DNA of 44,886 bases from Actinomycetota bacterium (GCA_013812265.1 JACCTQ010000121.1:1-44886); one strand, 5' to 3'. Counted from the stretch's first letter, positions 1-9,900 are shown. Translations and numbers: made by a program. Notes: generated by a model not told the origin, from the letters alone.

Positions 1-368
1 ATCTCCACGAGCGCTCCCGACGGGAGCGCGGCCACCTCGACCGTCGAGCGGGCAGGCGGCTCGGAGCCTACGTGACGCGCGTACACCTCGTTCATACCAG
101 GGAAGTCGGCGAGGTCGGCGAGAAAGACGGTCGTCTTCACGAGGCAATCGAGACCGCTTCCGGCTGCCTCCAGCACCGCGCGCAGATTGGCGAACACCTG
201 CTCCGTCTGCTCGCCGATCGATCCCCCCGCAAGCTCTGTTTCCCCGGGTCGGAGAGCCAGCTGCCCCGAGACGAACACGAAGGCACCTGCGCGAATCGCC
301 TGCGAGTACGGGGCGCCCTGATACGGCGCCGGAGCCCTATCGGTTCGAACAACAGCCTTGTCGGTCAT
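1..368 (-). CDS. ridA: RidA/YjgF/UK114 family reactive intermediate/imine deaminase (3' end runs off the window)
   Basis: Not in the ORF track; translated by hand from ATG 368: MTDKAVVRTDRAPAPYQGAPYSQAIRAGAFVFVSGQLAL...VKTTVFLADLADFPGMNEVYARHVGSEPPARSTVEVAALPSGALVE. Shows the YSQA, SGQ, PARS and LPxG.LVE Rid motifs. ATGA overlap with the upstream stop. Confidence 0.92.
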   Translation of the reverse strand, partial: MTDKAVVRTDRAPAPYQGAPYSQAIRAGAFVFVSGQLALRPGETELAGGSIGEQTEQVFANLRAVLEAAGSGLDCLVKTTVFLADLADFPGMNEVYARHVGSEPPARSTVEVAALPSGALVE

Positions 369-913
369 CGGTTCTCCTCGCGATTACGGGAACGGCACGC
401 CTGCGCCAGCGCGACGCCGAGCCCCTTGAAGATCGTCTCGAGGACGTGCTGGGTCTCGTCGCCGCCGATCAGGCGGATGTGGAGAGTAAGGCCGGCAGCC
501 GACGCCAGCTCGTTGACGAACGTCGCCACGAGGTCGGTCCCGAGTCCCCCGACCCGGGCGTCGGTGAGATCGACGTTGGAAACGACGAGTGGCCGGTCCG
601 ATCTTTCTAGAGCGACGTGAGCAAGCGCCTCGTCCGCCGGGACCACGGCTGAGCCGTGGCCGCGGACGCCCGGTTCCCGCAGGGGCGTCGCCAGGGCCTC
701 GCCGAGTGCGGTCGCCGCTGCCGCCACCTCGGCCTGCGCACCCGTGGGCGCGACCTCCACCGCCAGGTTGAACGAGCCGTACTCGGCGACGAGCCCCAGC
801 AAGTGATCGAGGACCGGCAGCCCTGTTACGACATTCGCCGTACCTACCCCCGCAACGGACACGCTCGCCCGCAATTGCTTGCCCGCGTATTCGCTCGCCG
901 CCACCTCGGACAC
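365..913 (-). CDS. hisB: Imidazoleglycerol-phosphate dehydratase (HisB)-like protein with degenerate metal-binding motifs
   Basis: TGLPVLDHLL, VPADEAL, SDRP, GLTLH and IFKGLGVALAQA align to HisB. The first HHxxE motif is absent and the second reads QHVLE. GTG start at 913 inferred, just after the murA stop. Confidence 0.75.
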   Translation of the reverse strand: MSEVAASEYAGKQLRASVSVAGVGTANVVTGLPVLDHLLGLVAEYGSFNLAVEVAPTGAQAEVAAAATALGEALATPLREPGVRGHGSAVVPADEALAHVALERSDRPLVVSNVDLTDARVGGLGTDLVATFVNELASAAGLTLHIRLIGGDETQHVLETIFKGLGVALAQACRSRNREENR

Positions 914-917
914 GGTA

Positions 918-2198
918 CTACGCGTGCACGCGCTCGATGCGCGCGCCGAGCGAGCGGAGGCGCTCATCGATGCGCTCGTATCCCTTGTCGATCTGGTAGG
1001 CGTCGCCGATGATGGATGTGCCCTCGGCGCAGAGCGCGGCGAGGAGCATCGCCATGCCCGCTCGGATATCGGGGCTCGACATCCGCTGCCCGTACAGTTT
1101 CGCCGGCCCGGTGACGACGACGCGGTGCGGATCACAGAGGATGATGCGGGCGCCCATCGAGACGAGCTTGTCGACGAAGAACAGGCGACTCTCGAACATC
1201 TTCTCGAAGATGAGAATCGTCCCGATCGCCTGCGTCGCGACCATGACGGCGATCGAGGTGAGGTCAGCCGGGAAGGCCGGCCAGGGGCCGTCCTCGATCT
1301 TCGCGATGGCTCCGCCAAGGTCGTCCTGGATCACGAGTTGCTGGTTCGGCGCCACGCGGACCGACGTGCTGCTCAGCTCGACCTCCACACCGAGCCGCTC
1401 GAACACCGGCAGGATCGGTCCCAGGTCGTCGGCCACTGCCGCGTCGATCGTGAGCTCGCCGCCCGTCAGCGCGGCCATCCCGATGAAGCTCCCGACCTCG
1501 ATGTGGTCGGCGGCGATCGCGTGGCTGCCGCCCGACAGCCGCTCCACGCCCGTGACGTGGAGCACGTTCGAGCCGATGCCCTCGATGCTGGCGCCGAGCG
1601 AGACCAGGAACCGGCAGAGGTCCTGCACGTGAGGCTCGCAAGCCGCGTTCGAGATCGTCGTCCGCCCCGGGGTTAGCGTCGCCGCCATGACGGTGTTCTC
1701 CGTCGCCATAACGGACGCCTCGTCGAGATGGATGGGCTTCCCCGTGAGCCTCTCACCGCGAATCTCGTAGCGATCGGCGATCGAGATGTCGGCACCCATC
1801 TCTGCGAAGGCGTGGATGTGCGGATCGAGGCGCCGGCGGCCGATCACGTCGCCACCGGGCGGGGGCACACTGGCACGGCCGAGCCGGGCGAGCAGCGGGC
1901 CGGCCAGCAGAAACGAGGCCCGAATCCGGCTGCCGAGCTCATCGTCGACGTGGTGCGTCGCGATGTCGGCGGCCTGCACTTGCACCTCGTTGTCACCCGC
2001 CCACTCGGCGTCCGCGCCAAGGTGGATGAGCAGATCCATCATCGTCTCGGCGTCTCGGATCCGCGGCACATTCGTGAGTGTCACCAGCTCCTCCGTGAGG
2101 AGGCAGGCGGCCAGGATGGGCAGGACCCCGTTCTTGTTGCCCGCGGCGCGGAGTCGGCCGCTGAGCGGCCGGCCACCCTCGATCACGAAGGACTCCAT
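918..2198 (-). CDS. murA: UDP-N-acetylglucosamine 1-carboxyvinyltransferase
   Basis: GNKN, RASFLLAGPLL, PGGDVIGRR, SVMATEN, PWPAFPAD, DIRAG and IDKGYE motifs. Start is ATG 2198 or GTG 2225. Confidence 0.97.
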   Translation of the reverse strand: MESFVIEGGRPLSGRLRAAGNKNGVLPILAACLLTEELVTLTNVPRIRDAETMMDLLIHLGADAEWAGDNEVQVQAADIATHHVDDELGSRIRASFLLAGPLLARLGRASVPPPGGDVIGRRRLDPHIHAFAEMGADISIADRYEIRGERLTGKPIHLDEASVMATENTVMAATLTPGRTTISNAACEPHVQDLCRFLVSLGASIEGIGSNVLHVTGVERLSGGSHAIAADHIEVGSFIGMAALTGGELTIDAAVADDLGPILPVFERLGVEVELSSTSVRVAPNQQLVIQDDLGGAIAKIEDGPWPAFPADLTSIAVMVATQAIGTILIFEKMFESRLFFVDKLVSMGARIILCDPHRVVVTGPAKLYGQRMSSPDIRAGMAMLLAALCAEGTSIIGDAYQIDKGYERIDERLRSLGARIERVHA

Positions 2199-2233
2199 CA
2201 GCCTGTCCTCGACGGCGGTCGGCACGACCTGAG

Positions 2234-2240
2234 TACCCTA
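2234..2240. promoter_or_regulatory. Symmetric TANNNTA bidirectional -10 element (TACCCTA) between murA and the HD gene
   Basis: TACCCT on + lies 9 nt before ATG 2249; TAGGGT on - lies 9 nt before GTG 2225. Confidence 0.5.
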
Positions 2241-2248
2241 GCTTCCCG

Positions 2249-2812
2249 ATGCAGCCGAGTCGCGAAGCCGCCTGGGAGACGCTCACGCGGCACACAAAAA
2301 GCGAGGCACTGCTCCGTCACGCCCTGGCGGTGGAGGCGGCGACGCGAGCGTACGCCCGGCGGTTCGGGGAGGACGAGGAGCTCTGGAGCGTCACGGCGCT
2401 TCTCCACGATTTCGACTACGAGATCCACCCGACGCTCGACAAGCATCCTCAAGACGGCGCTCCCATCCTCCGCGACGAGGGGTATCCGGAGGAAGTGATC
2501 GAAGCGGTCCTCTCGCACGCCGAGCATCTGTCTCTCCCCCGCGACACGCCACTCAAGCGGGCTCTCTTCGCGTGCGACGAGCTGGCCGGCTTCGTGCATG
2601 CCTGCGGCCTGGTTCGACCGGACGGGATCGACACGCTCGAGCCGCGGTCGGTCAGAAAGAAGCTGAAGCAGCCCTCTTTCGCCGCCGGCGTCAATCGCGA
2701 CGATGTCCTCAAAGGGGCCGAGGAGGTCGGCGTGGATCTGGACGAGCACATCGCCTTCGTCATCCAGGCAATGCGGCCGATTGCGCCCAAGCTTGGCCTC
2801 CGAACGAGTTAG
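2249..2812 (+). CDS. HD/HDIG-domain metal-dependent hydrolase
   Basis: RHALAVE...LLHDFDYE...H...SHAEH...ACDELAG, the H...HD...D pattern. Confidence 0.9.
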   Translation: MQPSREAAWETLTRHTKSEALLRHALAVEAATRAYARRFGEDEELWSVTALLHDFDYEIHPTLDKHPQDGAPILRDEGYPEEVIEAVLSHAEHLSLPRDTPLKRALFACDELAGFVHACGLVRPDGIDTLEPRSVRKKLKQPSFAAGVNRDDVLKGAEEVGVDLDEHIAFVIQAMRPIAPKLGLRTS

Positions 2813-2815
2813 CCT

Positions 2816-3904
2816 CTACTCTGCTTCGAGCGCGGCCAGGAGCCGCTCCAGGTCTTCGTCGCTCGTCCAGTAGCCGCAGGACACGCGGAGCCAACCGGTG
2901 CCCGGAAGGCGCCGCACCACCACGCCGTCGTCGTACATCCGGGCCACGAGCGCGTCAAGGTCCTCCTTCCCGGGGCTGAAGGTGACCAGCGTGCCCTGCC
3001 CGGGCTCGGTGACGACGGCGTAGCGCTCCGACAACCGCTTGCGACAGCGCTCGGCGATCTCCGCCGCGCGCTCGAACCGCCAGGCCGGCGCAGCGTCGAT
3101 GGCGGCAAGGAGCCCCGCCAGCGAGGCGGGCGGAAGCCATCCCGGGTCGAACCTCGCGGCGCCCGGCTTGGCCGTGAAGCTGCCGTCCACCTCGTACGCG
3201 GCCTGGGCGAAATACGACGGCATGGCGACGCGCAGTCGTTCCGGGTCGAGCACGCAGAGGCCGCCGGTCCCGTCCGGGCCGCAGAGCCACTTCTGCGCCG
3301 AGACCGTGTAGAAGTCGAACGGCCGCGCATCCACTTCGATCGCTCCCACCGACTGCGCTCCGTCCACGAGCACCGGCAAGGCGGTCTCGTCCTTGAGCTC
3401 CCGGATGGGCGGCAGCTTCCCGGTGAGCCATGAGATGTGGGAAAGCGCGAGCAACCTGGTCCGCGGAGTGACACAGCCGAGGATCGCGTCGAAGGATTCG
3501 TCCGCGGGCCGGTCCCGAGTGCGGGCGACCACGACGCGCGCGCCGGATACATGCAGGGGCCCGAGCAGCCCGAAGTGCTCCTCGTCGGTCGTCACAATCT
3601 CGTCCTCGGGGCCGAGATCTAATCCGGAGAGGACGATGTTGCAGCCGTCGGTGGTCGAGCTCGTCAGCGAGAGATGCTCGGCGGGCACACGAAGCAGCTC
3701 CGCCAAACGCTCGCGTGCCGCCTGCCGGAGGTTCTGCATCTCCTCGATGAAGCCGGGGCCACTGCGCCCTTCGGCGAGCTCCCTTTCACTCTGAGCGGCC
3801 ATCGCATCGTGCGTGGCCCGGGCCAGGGGGCCCATGCTCCCCGCATTCAGATACGCCTGATGCCCGAGCACGGGGAAGGCTGCGCGAGCCTCCTCGAACG
3901 TCAT
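2816..3904 (-). CDS. PLP-dependent aminotransferase class V (cysteine desulfurase / C-S lyase / EgtE-like)
   Basis: YLNAGSMGP, VDGAQSVG, SAQKWLCGPDGTG (PLP lysine) and LRVS motifs. ATG 3904 overlaps the upstream stop (ATGA). Confidence 0.9.
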   Translation of the reverse strand: MTFEEARAAFPVLGHQAYLNAGSMGPLARATHDAMAAQSERELAEGRSGPGFIEEMQNLRQAARERLAELLRVPAEHLSLTSSTTDGCNIVLSGLDLGPEDEIVTTDEEHFGLLGPLHVSGARVVVARTRDRPADESFDAILGCVTPRTRLLALSHISWLTGKLPPIRELKDETALPVLVDGAQSVGAIEVDARPFDFYTVSAQKWLCGPDGTGGLCVLDPERLRVAMPSYFAQAAYEVDGSFTAKPGAARFDPGWLPPASLAGLLAAIDAAPAWRFERAAEIAERCRKRLSERYAVVTEPGQGTLVTFSPGKEDLDALVARMYDDGVVVRRLPGTGWLRVSCGYWTSDEDLERLLAALEAE

Positions 3905-4716
3905 CGCAACACGAGATCGACGGGCGCGTGATCGGACAGGATTCGTCCGTCGACCAGCCGGCGGTCGCGCGGCCACGGCTCGGGTGTCGACACCTCCGCT
4001 CCGCGCACGAGGATGTGGTCGATGCCCTCACCGGCGCGCGAGAAGCCCCACTGGGCCGAGGCCAGGTCCTTCATCGTGGTCGAATGGTCCGCGGTCACGT
4101 TGAAGTCTCCTGCCAGCACGCAGACGTCACCCGGCTCGGCAAGGGCATCGGCGAATACGGCGGCACGCAGAAGCTCGGCGTCCGCAAGCCGTTTGTCAGG
4201 GCGGTAGCCCGTTGCGTGCAGGTTTGCGAGCAGAGCTGCCCGTCCATCCGGAAGAATCGCGCGCACGGCCTGACAGATCCGGCGTTCCTTCGCCCACGTC
4301 CAACGGGCGACAGACGGAAGGTCGAGCCACTGGGCCTGAGCCCGCCGAAACGCTCTCGTGTTGAGCGTCAGGCAGCTCCGAGCAACGACGCGCGCCCCTT
4401 GCCCCAGGAGCAGGGCGTTTCCCTGTCCCGCGAAGGCCGACCGCAGGCGTCCCGGGTGCAGCGCCGTGAGCGCTCGTCCGAGCGCGGCTGTGGAGGGGAA
4501 CGGCCCGAGTGTCGGATGGGCCGCCACTTCCGCCACGGTGGCCATTCCGCTCCAACCGCCCAGCTTGCCGAGCGCCCAGGCCGGCACTTCCTGGAGGAAG
4601 ACGGCGGTCGGCCGGTCCGCGACGGCGAGCCGCACCATCTGCTCGAGAAACGTCCGGCGCTCGGGAGGATTCGCGTTGCCGTGGAACAGGTTCCAGCTGC
4701 GCAGGAGCAGTTCCAA
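3901..4716 (-). CDS. Endonuclease/exonuclease/phosphatase (EEP) family protein
   Basis: SWNL, LQEV, GNALL, NLH, GDFN, IDHI and SDHAPV motifs. TTG start at 4716 inferred. Confidence 0.9.
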   Translation of the reverse strand: MELLLRSWNLFHGNANPPERRTFLEQMVRLAVADRPTAVFLQEVPAWALGKLGGWSGMATVAEVAAHPTLGPFPSTAALGRALTALHPGRLRSAFAGQGNALLLGQGARVVARSCLTLNTRAFRRAQAQWLDLPSVARWTWAKERRICQAVRAILPDGRAALLANLHATGYRPDKRLADAELLRAAVFADALAEPGDVCVLAGDFNVTADHSTTMKDLASAQWGFSRAGEGIDHILVRGAEVSTPEPWPRDRRLVDGRILSDHAPVDLVLR

Positions 4717-4724
4717 GGCGGCAC

Positions 4725-4731
4725 TAGTGTA
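4725..4731. promoter_or_regulatory. Symmetric bidirectional -10 element (TAGTGTA) between the EEP and GT4 genes
   Basis: Only 21 bp separate the divergent starts. TAGTGT lies 7 nt before GTG 4738; TACACT lies 9 nt before TTG 4716. Confidence 0.6.
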
Positions 4732-4737
4732 CGGGCG

Positions 4738-5796
4738 GTGCGCGTCATCCTTGCCGATCCCGCGGCATTTACGCCGCAGTACGACCACGAGTTGGCGGCC
4801 GCGCTGTCGATTGCGGGAGCAGACGTCCGGCTACTCACGTCACGCTTTCGATTCGGTGTGGCGCCAGCGCCCGCCGGCTACCGGCGAGAAGAGGTCTTCT
4901 ATCCGCTGACCACGCGCCTCTTCCGCCGCTCCCGGGCGCGGTTGCCGCTGAAGGCAGCGGAGCATTGCCTCGGCCTCGCGCGCCTCCGTCACGAGCGGGC
5001 GGACGTCGTCCACGTGCAGTGGCTGGCCGCCCCTGAGATCGACGACCGGCTGCTCCGGCTCACGCCACCCGCTGTGTTCACCGCCCACGACCTGCTCCCC
5101 CGGAGAACCGCCGAGAAGCACGCCCTCTGGCGTCGATTGCTCGGGCGCTTCGCGCGGATCGTGGTTCACAGCGAGCGCGGCCGCCATGCGCTCGCGGAGA
5201 TCGGAGTGCCCGAGGCACAGTTGCGGGTGATCGCCCACCCTGCGTTTCGGAGCGATCCCGTCCGGCGCGACGACGGGCGAACGCTTCTCTGTCTCGGCGT
5301 GATCCGTCCGTACAAGGGACTTGCGGACGCCATCGAGGCAGTCAGGCAGGTCGCCGGCGCACGGCTCCTCGTCGCGGGCGATCCGGCGGAGCCTGTCGAT
5401 CGTTACAGGCAGGCAGCCGGCCCTCTCGCGGAGTGGCGATTGGGATATCTATCCGATGCCGAGCTCGACCGGGCGCTCGGCGAGACGACCGTAGGACTAT
5501 TCCCCTACCGAGGAGAGATCGACCAGAGCGGTGCCCTGCTGCGAGTACTCGGAGCCGGCGTCCCCGCCATCGTCTACGACGTGGGCGGACTCCCCGACCC
5601 GGTTCGCGCGTTCGGAGCCGGCCGCGTTGTTCCACCGGGAGACGTGGGCGCGCTCGCCGGCGCGGTCACCGACCTGCTCGAGAACCCGGACGCGCTCGCT
5701 GAGGCCCGAGACGGCGCTCGCCGCGCGGCGGACTCGCTCACGTGGGAGAAGGCGGCGTCCGACCATCTCGAGGTGTACCGCGAGGTCGTTCGATGA
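4738..5796 (+). CDS. Glycosyltransferase family 4 (GT-B)
   Basis: VRVILADP, DVVHVQW, TAHDLLP, GVIRPYKG, FPY..IDQSGALL, GVPAIVYDVGGL and WEKAA..HLEVY. The real start is GTG 4738, inside ORF 3928..5796. Confidence 0.92.
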   Translation: MRVILADPAAFTPQYDHELAAALSIAGADVRLLTSRFRFGVAPAPAGYRREEVFYPLTTRLFRRSRARLPLKAAEHCLGLARLRHERADVVHVQWLAAPEIDDRLLRLTPPAVFTAHDLLPRRTAEKHALWRRLLGRFARIVVHSERGRHALAEIGVPEAQLRVIAHPAFRSDPVRRDDGRTLLCLGVIRPYKGLADAIEAVRQVAGARLLVAGDPAEPVDRYRQAAGPLAEWRLGYLSDAELDRALGETTVGLFPYRGEIDQSGALLRVLGAGVPAIVYDVGGLPDPVRAFGAGRVVPPGDVGALAGAVTDLLENPDALAEARDGARRAADSLTWEKAASDHLEVYREVVR

Positions 5797-6095
5797 GAGA
5801 CCGGTTCGACGAGCTCATCGCGCGCCAACTCAGCCTGTTCGAGACGGATCACGCACAGCTCATCCGCGACTGCGACCAAGCAGAGCGAGCCTACGATCTA
5901 GCGGCGAAGGATGAGGCCGAGGAGCGCTACGGCGATTTCCTGGACCTCGTCGAGACGGCCACCGAGGCGCTCGCGGACATCCGGGACCATTACTCGTGGA
6001 CTCTGACCCGCGATATCGCGATTGCCTACGAGCAAGCATTCAATCGGGCTGTCCTGAAATGGTTTCCGCGCTTTGCGCTCGGACTGGAGCCATGA
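5793..6095 (+). CDS. Hypothetical acidic helical protein (100 aa)
   Basis: ATGA-coupled to GT4, with protein-like composition (MRDRFDELIARQLSLFETDH...). Confidence 0.8.
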   Translation: MRDRFDELIARQLSLFETDHAQLIRDCDQAERAYDLAAKDEAEERYGDFLDLVETATEALADIRDHYSWTLTRDIAIAYEQAFNRAVLKWFPRFALGLEP

Positions 6096-6173
6096 ACCGG
6101 CTCGGGCCGGTTGCATTTGTGACAACGCTGCCGTACACTCCGCGCGCTGACTGACGTCCTAGAGGGGGGTTTC

Positions 6174-6944
6174 ATGCGCGTACGTCCGTTCTTCCTTCTG
6201 GCTGCCCTGGCGCTTCTAGCCGCCGGCACGACAGCCTCGACCGCCTCGGCAAGCCATGCCTGGGGTAACTACCACTGGGCTCGCACGGCGAACCCGTTCA
6301 CCGTTCCGCTGGGCGACAACGTCTCCAACACGGCCTATTCGAACTGGGACGGGGCGCTCGCAGGAGCATCTGCCGACTGGACGGCGTCGAGTGTGCTCAA
6401 CTCGCCTGTCGTTACGGGTACGGCAGGCAATCCAAGGCGGTGCAACGCGACCAACGGCCGCATCGAGGTGTGCAACACCACATACGGCTACAACGGCTGG
6501 CTGGGTCTTGCCCAGATCTGGACAACCGGCGGCCACATCGTCAAGGCGAGCGCCAAGATGAACGACACCTATTTCAACTCCACGCGGTACAACTACACGG
6601 CCGAGCGGCACGTCATGTGCCAGGAGATCGGGCACGGCTACGGGCTCGGGCATCAGGACGAGTCCGGCGCTGACCTGAATACCTGCATGGACTACGCGGA
6701 CGCGCTCGACAATCCGAGCCCAAACGCACACGATTACCAGCAGCTGGAGACCATCTACGCACACACGGACTCGTCGAGCACGGTGTCCTCGGTGGCAGCC
6801 GCGCAGCTGCCCGAGAACGCCTCCCCGATTGCGACGCAGCGGCTGGACACCATCCGGACGTCGTCCATCGTCGAGGACTTCGGGCACGGTTTCCGGATCT
6901 ACACGCACATCACCTGGGCGCTCGAAGGCCTGGGCAAGCCCTAG
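6174..6944 (+). CDS. Secreted metzincin/matrixin-like protein with a QExxHxxGxxH motif
   Basis: GAGGGGG RBS, N-terminal signal peptide (FFLLAALALLAAG...ASA), CQEIGHGYGLGH and a Met-turn-like TCMDY. Confidence 0.82.
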   Translation: MRVRPFFLLAALALLAAGTTASTASASHAWGNYHWARTANPFTVPLGDNVSNTAYSNWDGALAGASADWTASSVLNSPVVTGTAGNPRRCNATNGRIEVCNTTYGYNGWLGLAQIWTTGGHIVKASAKMNDTYFNSTRYNYTAERHVMCQEIGHGYGLGHQDESGADLNTCMDYADALDNPSPNAHDYQQLETIYAHTDSSSTVSSVAAAQLPENASPIATQRLDTIRTSSIVEDFGHGFRIYTHITWALEGLGKP

Positions 6945-6966
6945 AAAACTTTTCCTCAGCTTGGAG

Positions 6967-6990
6967 AAAGGGCCGCAACCGCGGCCCTTT
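6967..6990. terminator. Bidirectional intrinsic terminator
   Basis: Perfect hairpin AAAGGGCCGC-AACC-GCGGCCCTTT between convergent genes. Confidence 0.8.
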
Positions 6991-6998
6991 GTCTTGCG

Positions 6999-9900
6999 CT
7001 AACGATGCCCGAAATGGTGCGCGCTGGGCAACGCACCGCTGACTTCCGTGACGCCGGACACGCTTCGAGCGAGGGGGCCCAGAGTGGCGAGCTCGCGCAC
7101 GAGCACGTTCTGATTTCGGCCGACCCGCTCGACCTTCCCGTGCGCCAGGACCAGCGGCTCCCCCCGAATGATGGCGCGAAAGCGCTCGTAGACAGCGGGC
7201 GGAACGATCAGATTCACCTGCCCATGCTCGTCCTCCAGCAGCATGAAGACAACACCTTTCGCCGTTGCCGGTCGCTGGCGTGCGATGGCCATGCCCGCCA
7301 CGGCGACGCGGGCGCCCGGCGGACGGCGTGAGAGCTCCTTGCTCGAGATGACGTCGGGCGGAAGATGAGGGCGAAGGAGCTCGAGCGGGTGCGTACCAAT
7401 CGAGAGGTTCGTCTGCCTGTAATCGGCGAGCATTCGCTCCCACGTCGTCAGCTCGGGAAGCTCGGGAACCTCCGCGGTCGGCTCGAGCGGCAGGGCGAGC
7501 TGGCGCTCTGCGCCTCCCGAGCCCGGAACGCTGCGTGTCTCCGGGACGAGGCCAAGCTGCCACAGGAGTGACCGGCGCGGCTCGTTGAAGCAGTCGCAGG
7601 CGCCCGCAATCACGAGCGCCTCGAGCTCGCGACGATCGAGCGGCGCCCGCTGGGCCAGCTCGAGGACGCTGCGGAAGGGCCCGTTCAGATCACGCTCGGC
7701 GACCAGCGCTCCAGCGTCGTCGTCGCCGACCGAGTTGACGTGGGCGAGCCCGATCCGAACGGCGCCTTCCTCGATCGTGCACGCCGCGTCGCTCAGGTTC
7801 ACCTGCGGCGGCCGCACCTCCACTCCCCGTCGCTGCCCGTCGCGAACAAGGCTCGCCGGGGGATAGAAGCCCATCGGCTGCGCGTTCAGAAGCGCGCACA
7901 GAAACTCGGCGGGATAGTGATGCCGAACCCAGGCCGACTGGTAGGCGAGCAAACCGAATGCGGCCGCGTGGGACTTGGGGAAACCGAAGCCCGAGAACCC
8001 GACGAGCTTGTCGTAGACACGATTCGCAGTCTCTTCGTCGACCCCGTTTCGCGCCGCACCCTCGACGAAGCGGCCGCGATACGCCTCCAGCGCGTCGTGG
8101 CTGCGCTTGCGACTCATCGCCCGGCGGAGACCTTCCGCCTCGCCGACGGTGAAACCGGCGAGAGCCGTCGCGACGTCGAGCACCTGGTCCTGGAACACGA
8201 CCACGCCGAGCGTCGCCCGGAGCGGCTCTGCGAGGAGCGGGTGGTCCACCGGCGGAACGAAGCTCGGATCCTCGCGCATCCGCTGGCGGTTCTCGACGTA
8301 GGGGTGAACCGCCTTGCCCTGGATCGGCCCGGGTCGTACGAGAGCGACCTCGACCGTCAGGTCGTCGAGATTCTCCGGACGCGTCCGGAGCAGCATCTGC
8401 ATCTGGGCGCGGCTCTCGATCTGGAAAACGCCGACCGTGTCGGCCCGCTGGATCTCGTCGTAGACGGCCTGGTCGTCCAGCGGGATGCGCGAAAGATCGA
8501 GCGGCGTGTCGGCGGTCGCGCTGAGAGAGACGAGATCGACGCAGTCCTCGACTGCCGAGAGCATCCCGAGCCCGAGCAGGTCGATCTTCAGGAAGCCCGC
8601 ATCCGCGCAGGAGTCCTTGTCCCACTGGCAGAGCTGGCGGCCGGCCATCGCCGCCGGTTGGACGGGGACGAGCTCGACGAGCGGCCTGCTCGAGATCACC
8701 ATCCCACCCGGGTGCTGGGAGATGTGGCGAGGCAGGCCTGCGATGTCCGCACAGATCTGGGCGAACGCCTGCCAGCGCGGCGAAGACGCCTTTGCGAATG
8801 CATCCGGCAACGATGCGAGCTCCTCCCCCACCCGCTTCGCGTTCCAGCCGTCCGTGACACGGGCGAGCCGCTCGAGCTCGGCGTACGGCAGGCCGAGGGC
8901 CTTGCCCACGTCGCGAATGGCACCGCGCGAGCGATACGTCGCAAAACTGGCGACGAGCGAGGCGTGCTCGCGGCCGTAGCGATCGGTGACCGCGACGATC
9001 AGCTGCTCGCGGATGTCGCGCGGGAAATCGAGGTCGATGTCCGGCACCGAGTCGAGCTCGCGGTTCAGGAAGCGTCCGAGCGAGAGATCCGCCTGCACCG
9101 GATCGACGTGGGAAAGACCGGTCAGATAGCAGACGAGCGACCCGACCGAGCTGCCCCGGCCGCGGCCGGGAGGAAGCACGTGCCGCGGCGACCCGGGGCC
9201 GCGCACTTGGAGAGCGATCTCGCGTGCGAGCTCGAGCACCTCCCAGTGGAGCAGGAAGAAGCCGGAGAGGCCGAGATCGCGAATGAGAGCTAGCTCTTCG
9301 TCCAGGCGCTGCCGTGTCCGTCTCTTGTGGGGAAGCCGGGACGTCCCCCCAGCTCGAACGCCATACCCATAGCGGTCCTCGAACGCGCGCTCGCAAATGC
9401 GCGCCAGCTGGACGTCCGCGGGTTCGGCGCTGTCCGAGAAGTCCGGGTAGCGGTACCCGAGCTCCTCCGTCAGGTCGAATTGCAGCCGTTCCGCGAGCTC
9501 CGCCGTACGTGCTACCGCGCGGGCATCGTCCGGAAAGCGCTCGGCCATCTCCTCGGGTGCCAACAGGACGCTCTCATGATTGCCGCGCCGTTCGCGCTCA
9601 CAGCCGTCGAGCGAGGCGCGGTGCTTGATCGCAACGAGAACATCCTGGAGTACCGCACGCCGCGGGTGATGCGCATGGACATCCCCCGTGGCGACCGTGT
9701 CGACCCCGAGAGCCGACGCAAGGTCCCGGAGGGCCGCGTTTCGCCGGGCGTCCCCGCGCTCGTAGGGACGCTGTAGCTCGACGAAGAAACGATCGCGTCC
9801 GAAGGTACGGGCGACGCGCGCGGCCACATTCGGGTCGCGGACACCGAGGCCATCGCGCGCGCAACCGGACAGGCAAACAAGCCCGTCGCTCAACTCGAGT

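Noticed and set aside
3928..4737. N-terminal 270 aa of the 622-aa ORF (apparent GT4 fusion)
   Set aside because: Antisense shadow of the EEP gene; the GT4 domain begins at GTG 4738.
7690..9396. Long alternative ORFs overlapping dnaE2 (568 aa, 517 aa) and similar shadows over ppdK, pdp, recN and accC
   Set aside because: Arg/Pro/Ala-rich off-frame or antisense ORFs expected in high-GC DNA. They lack motifs and overlap well-supported genes.
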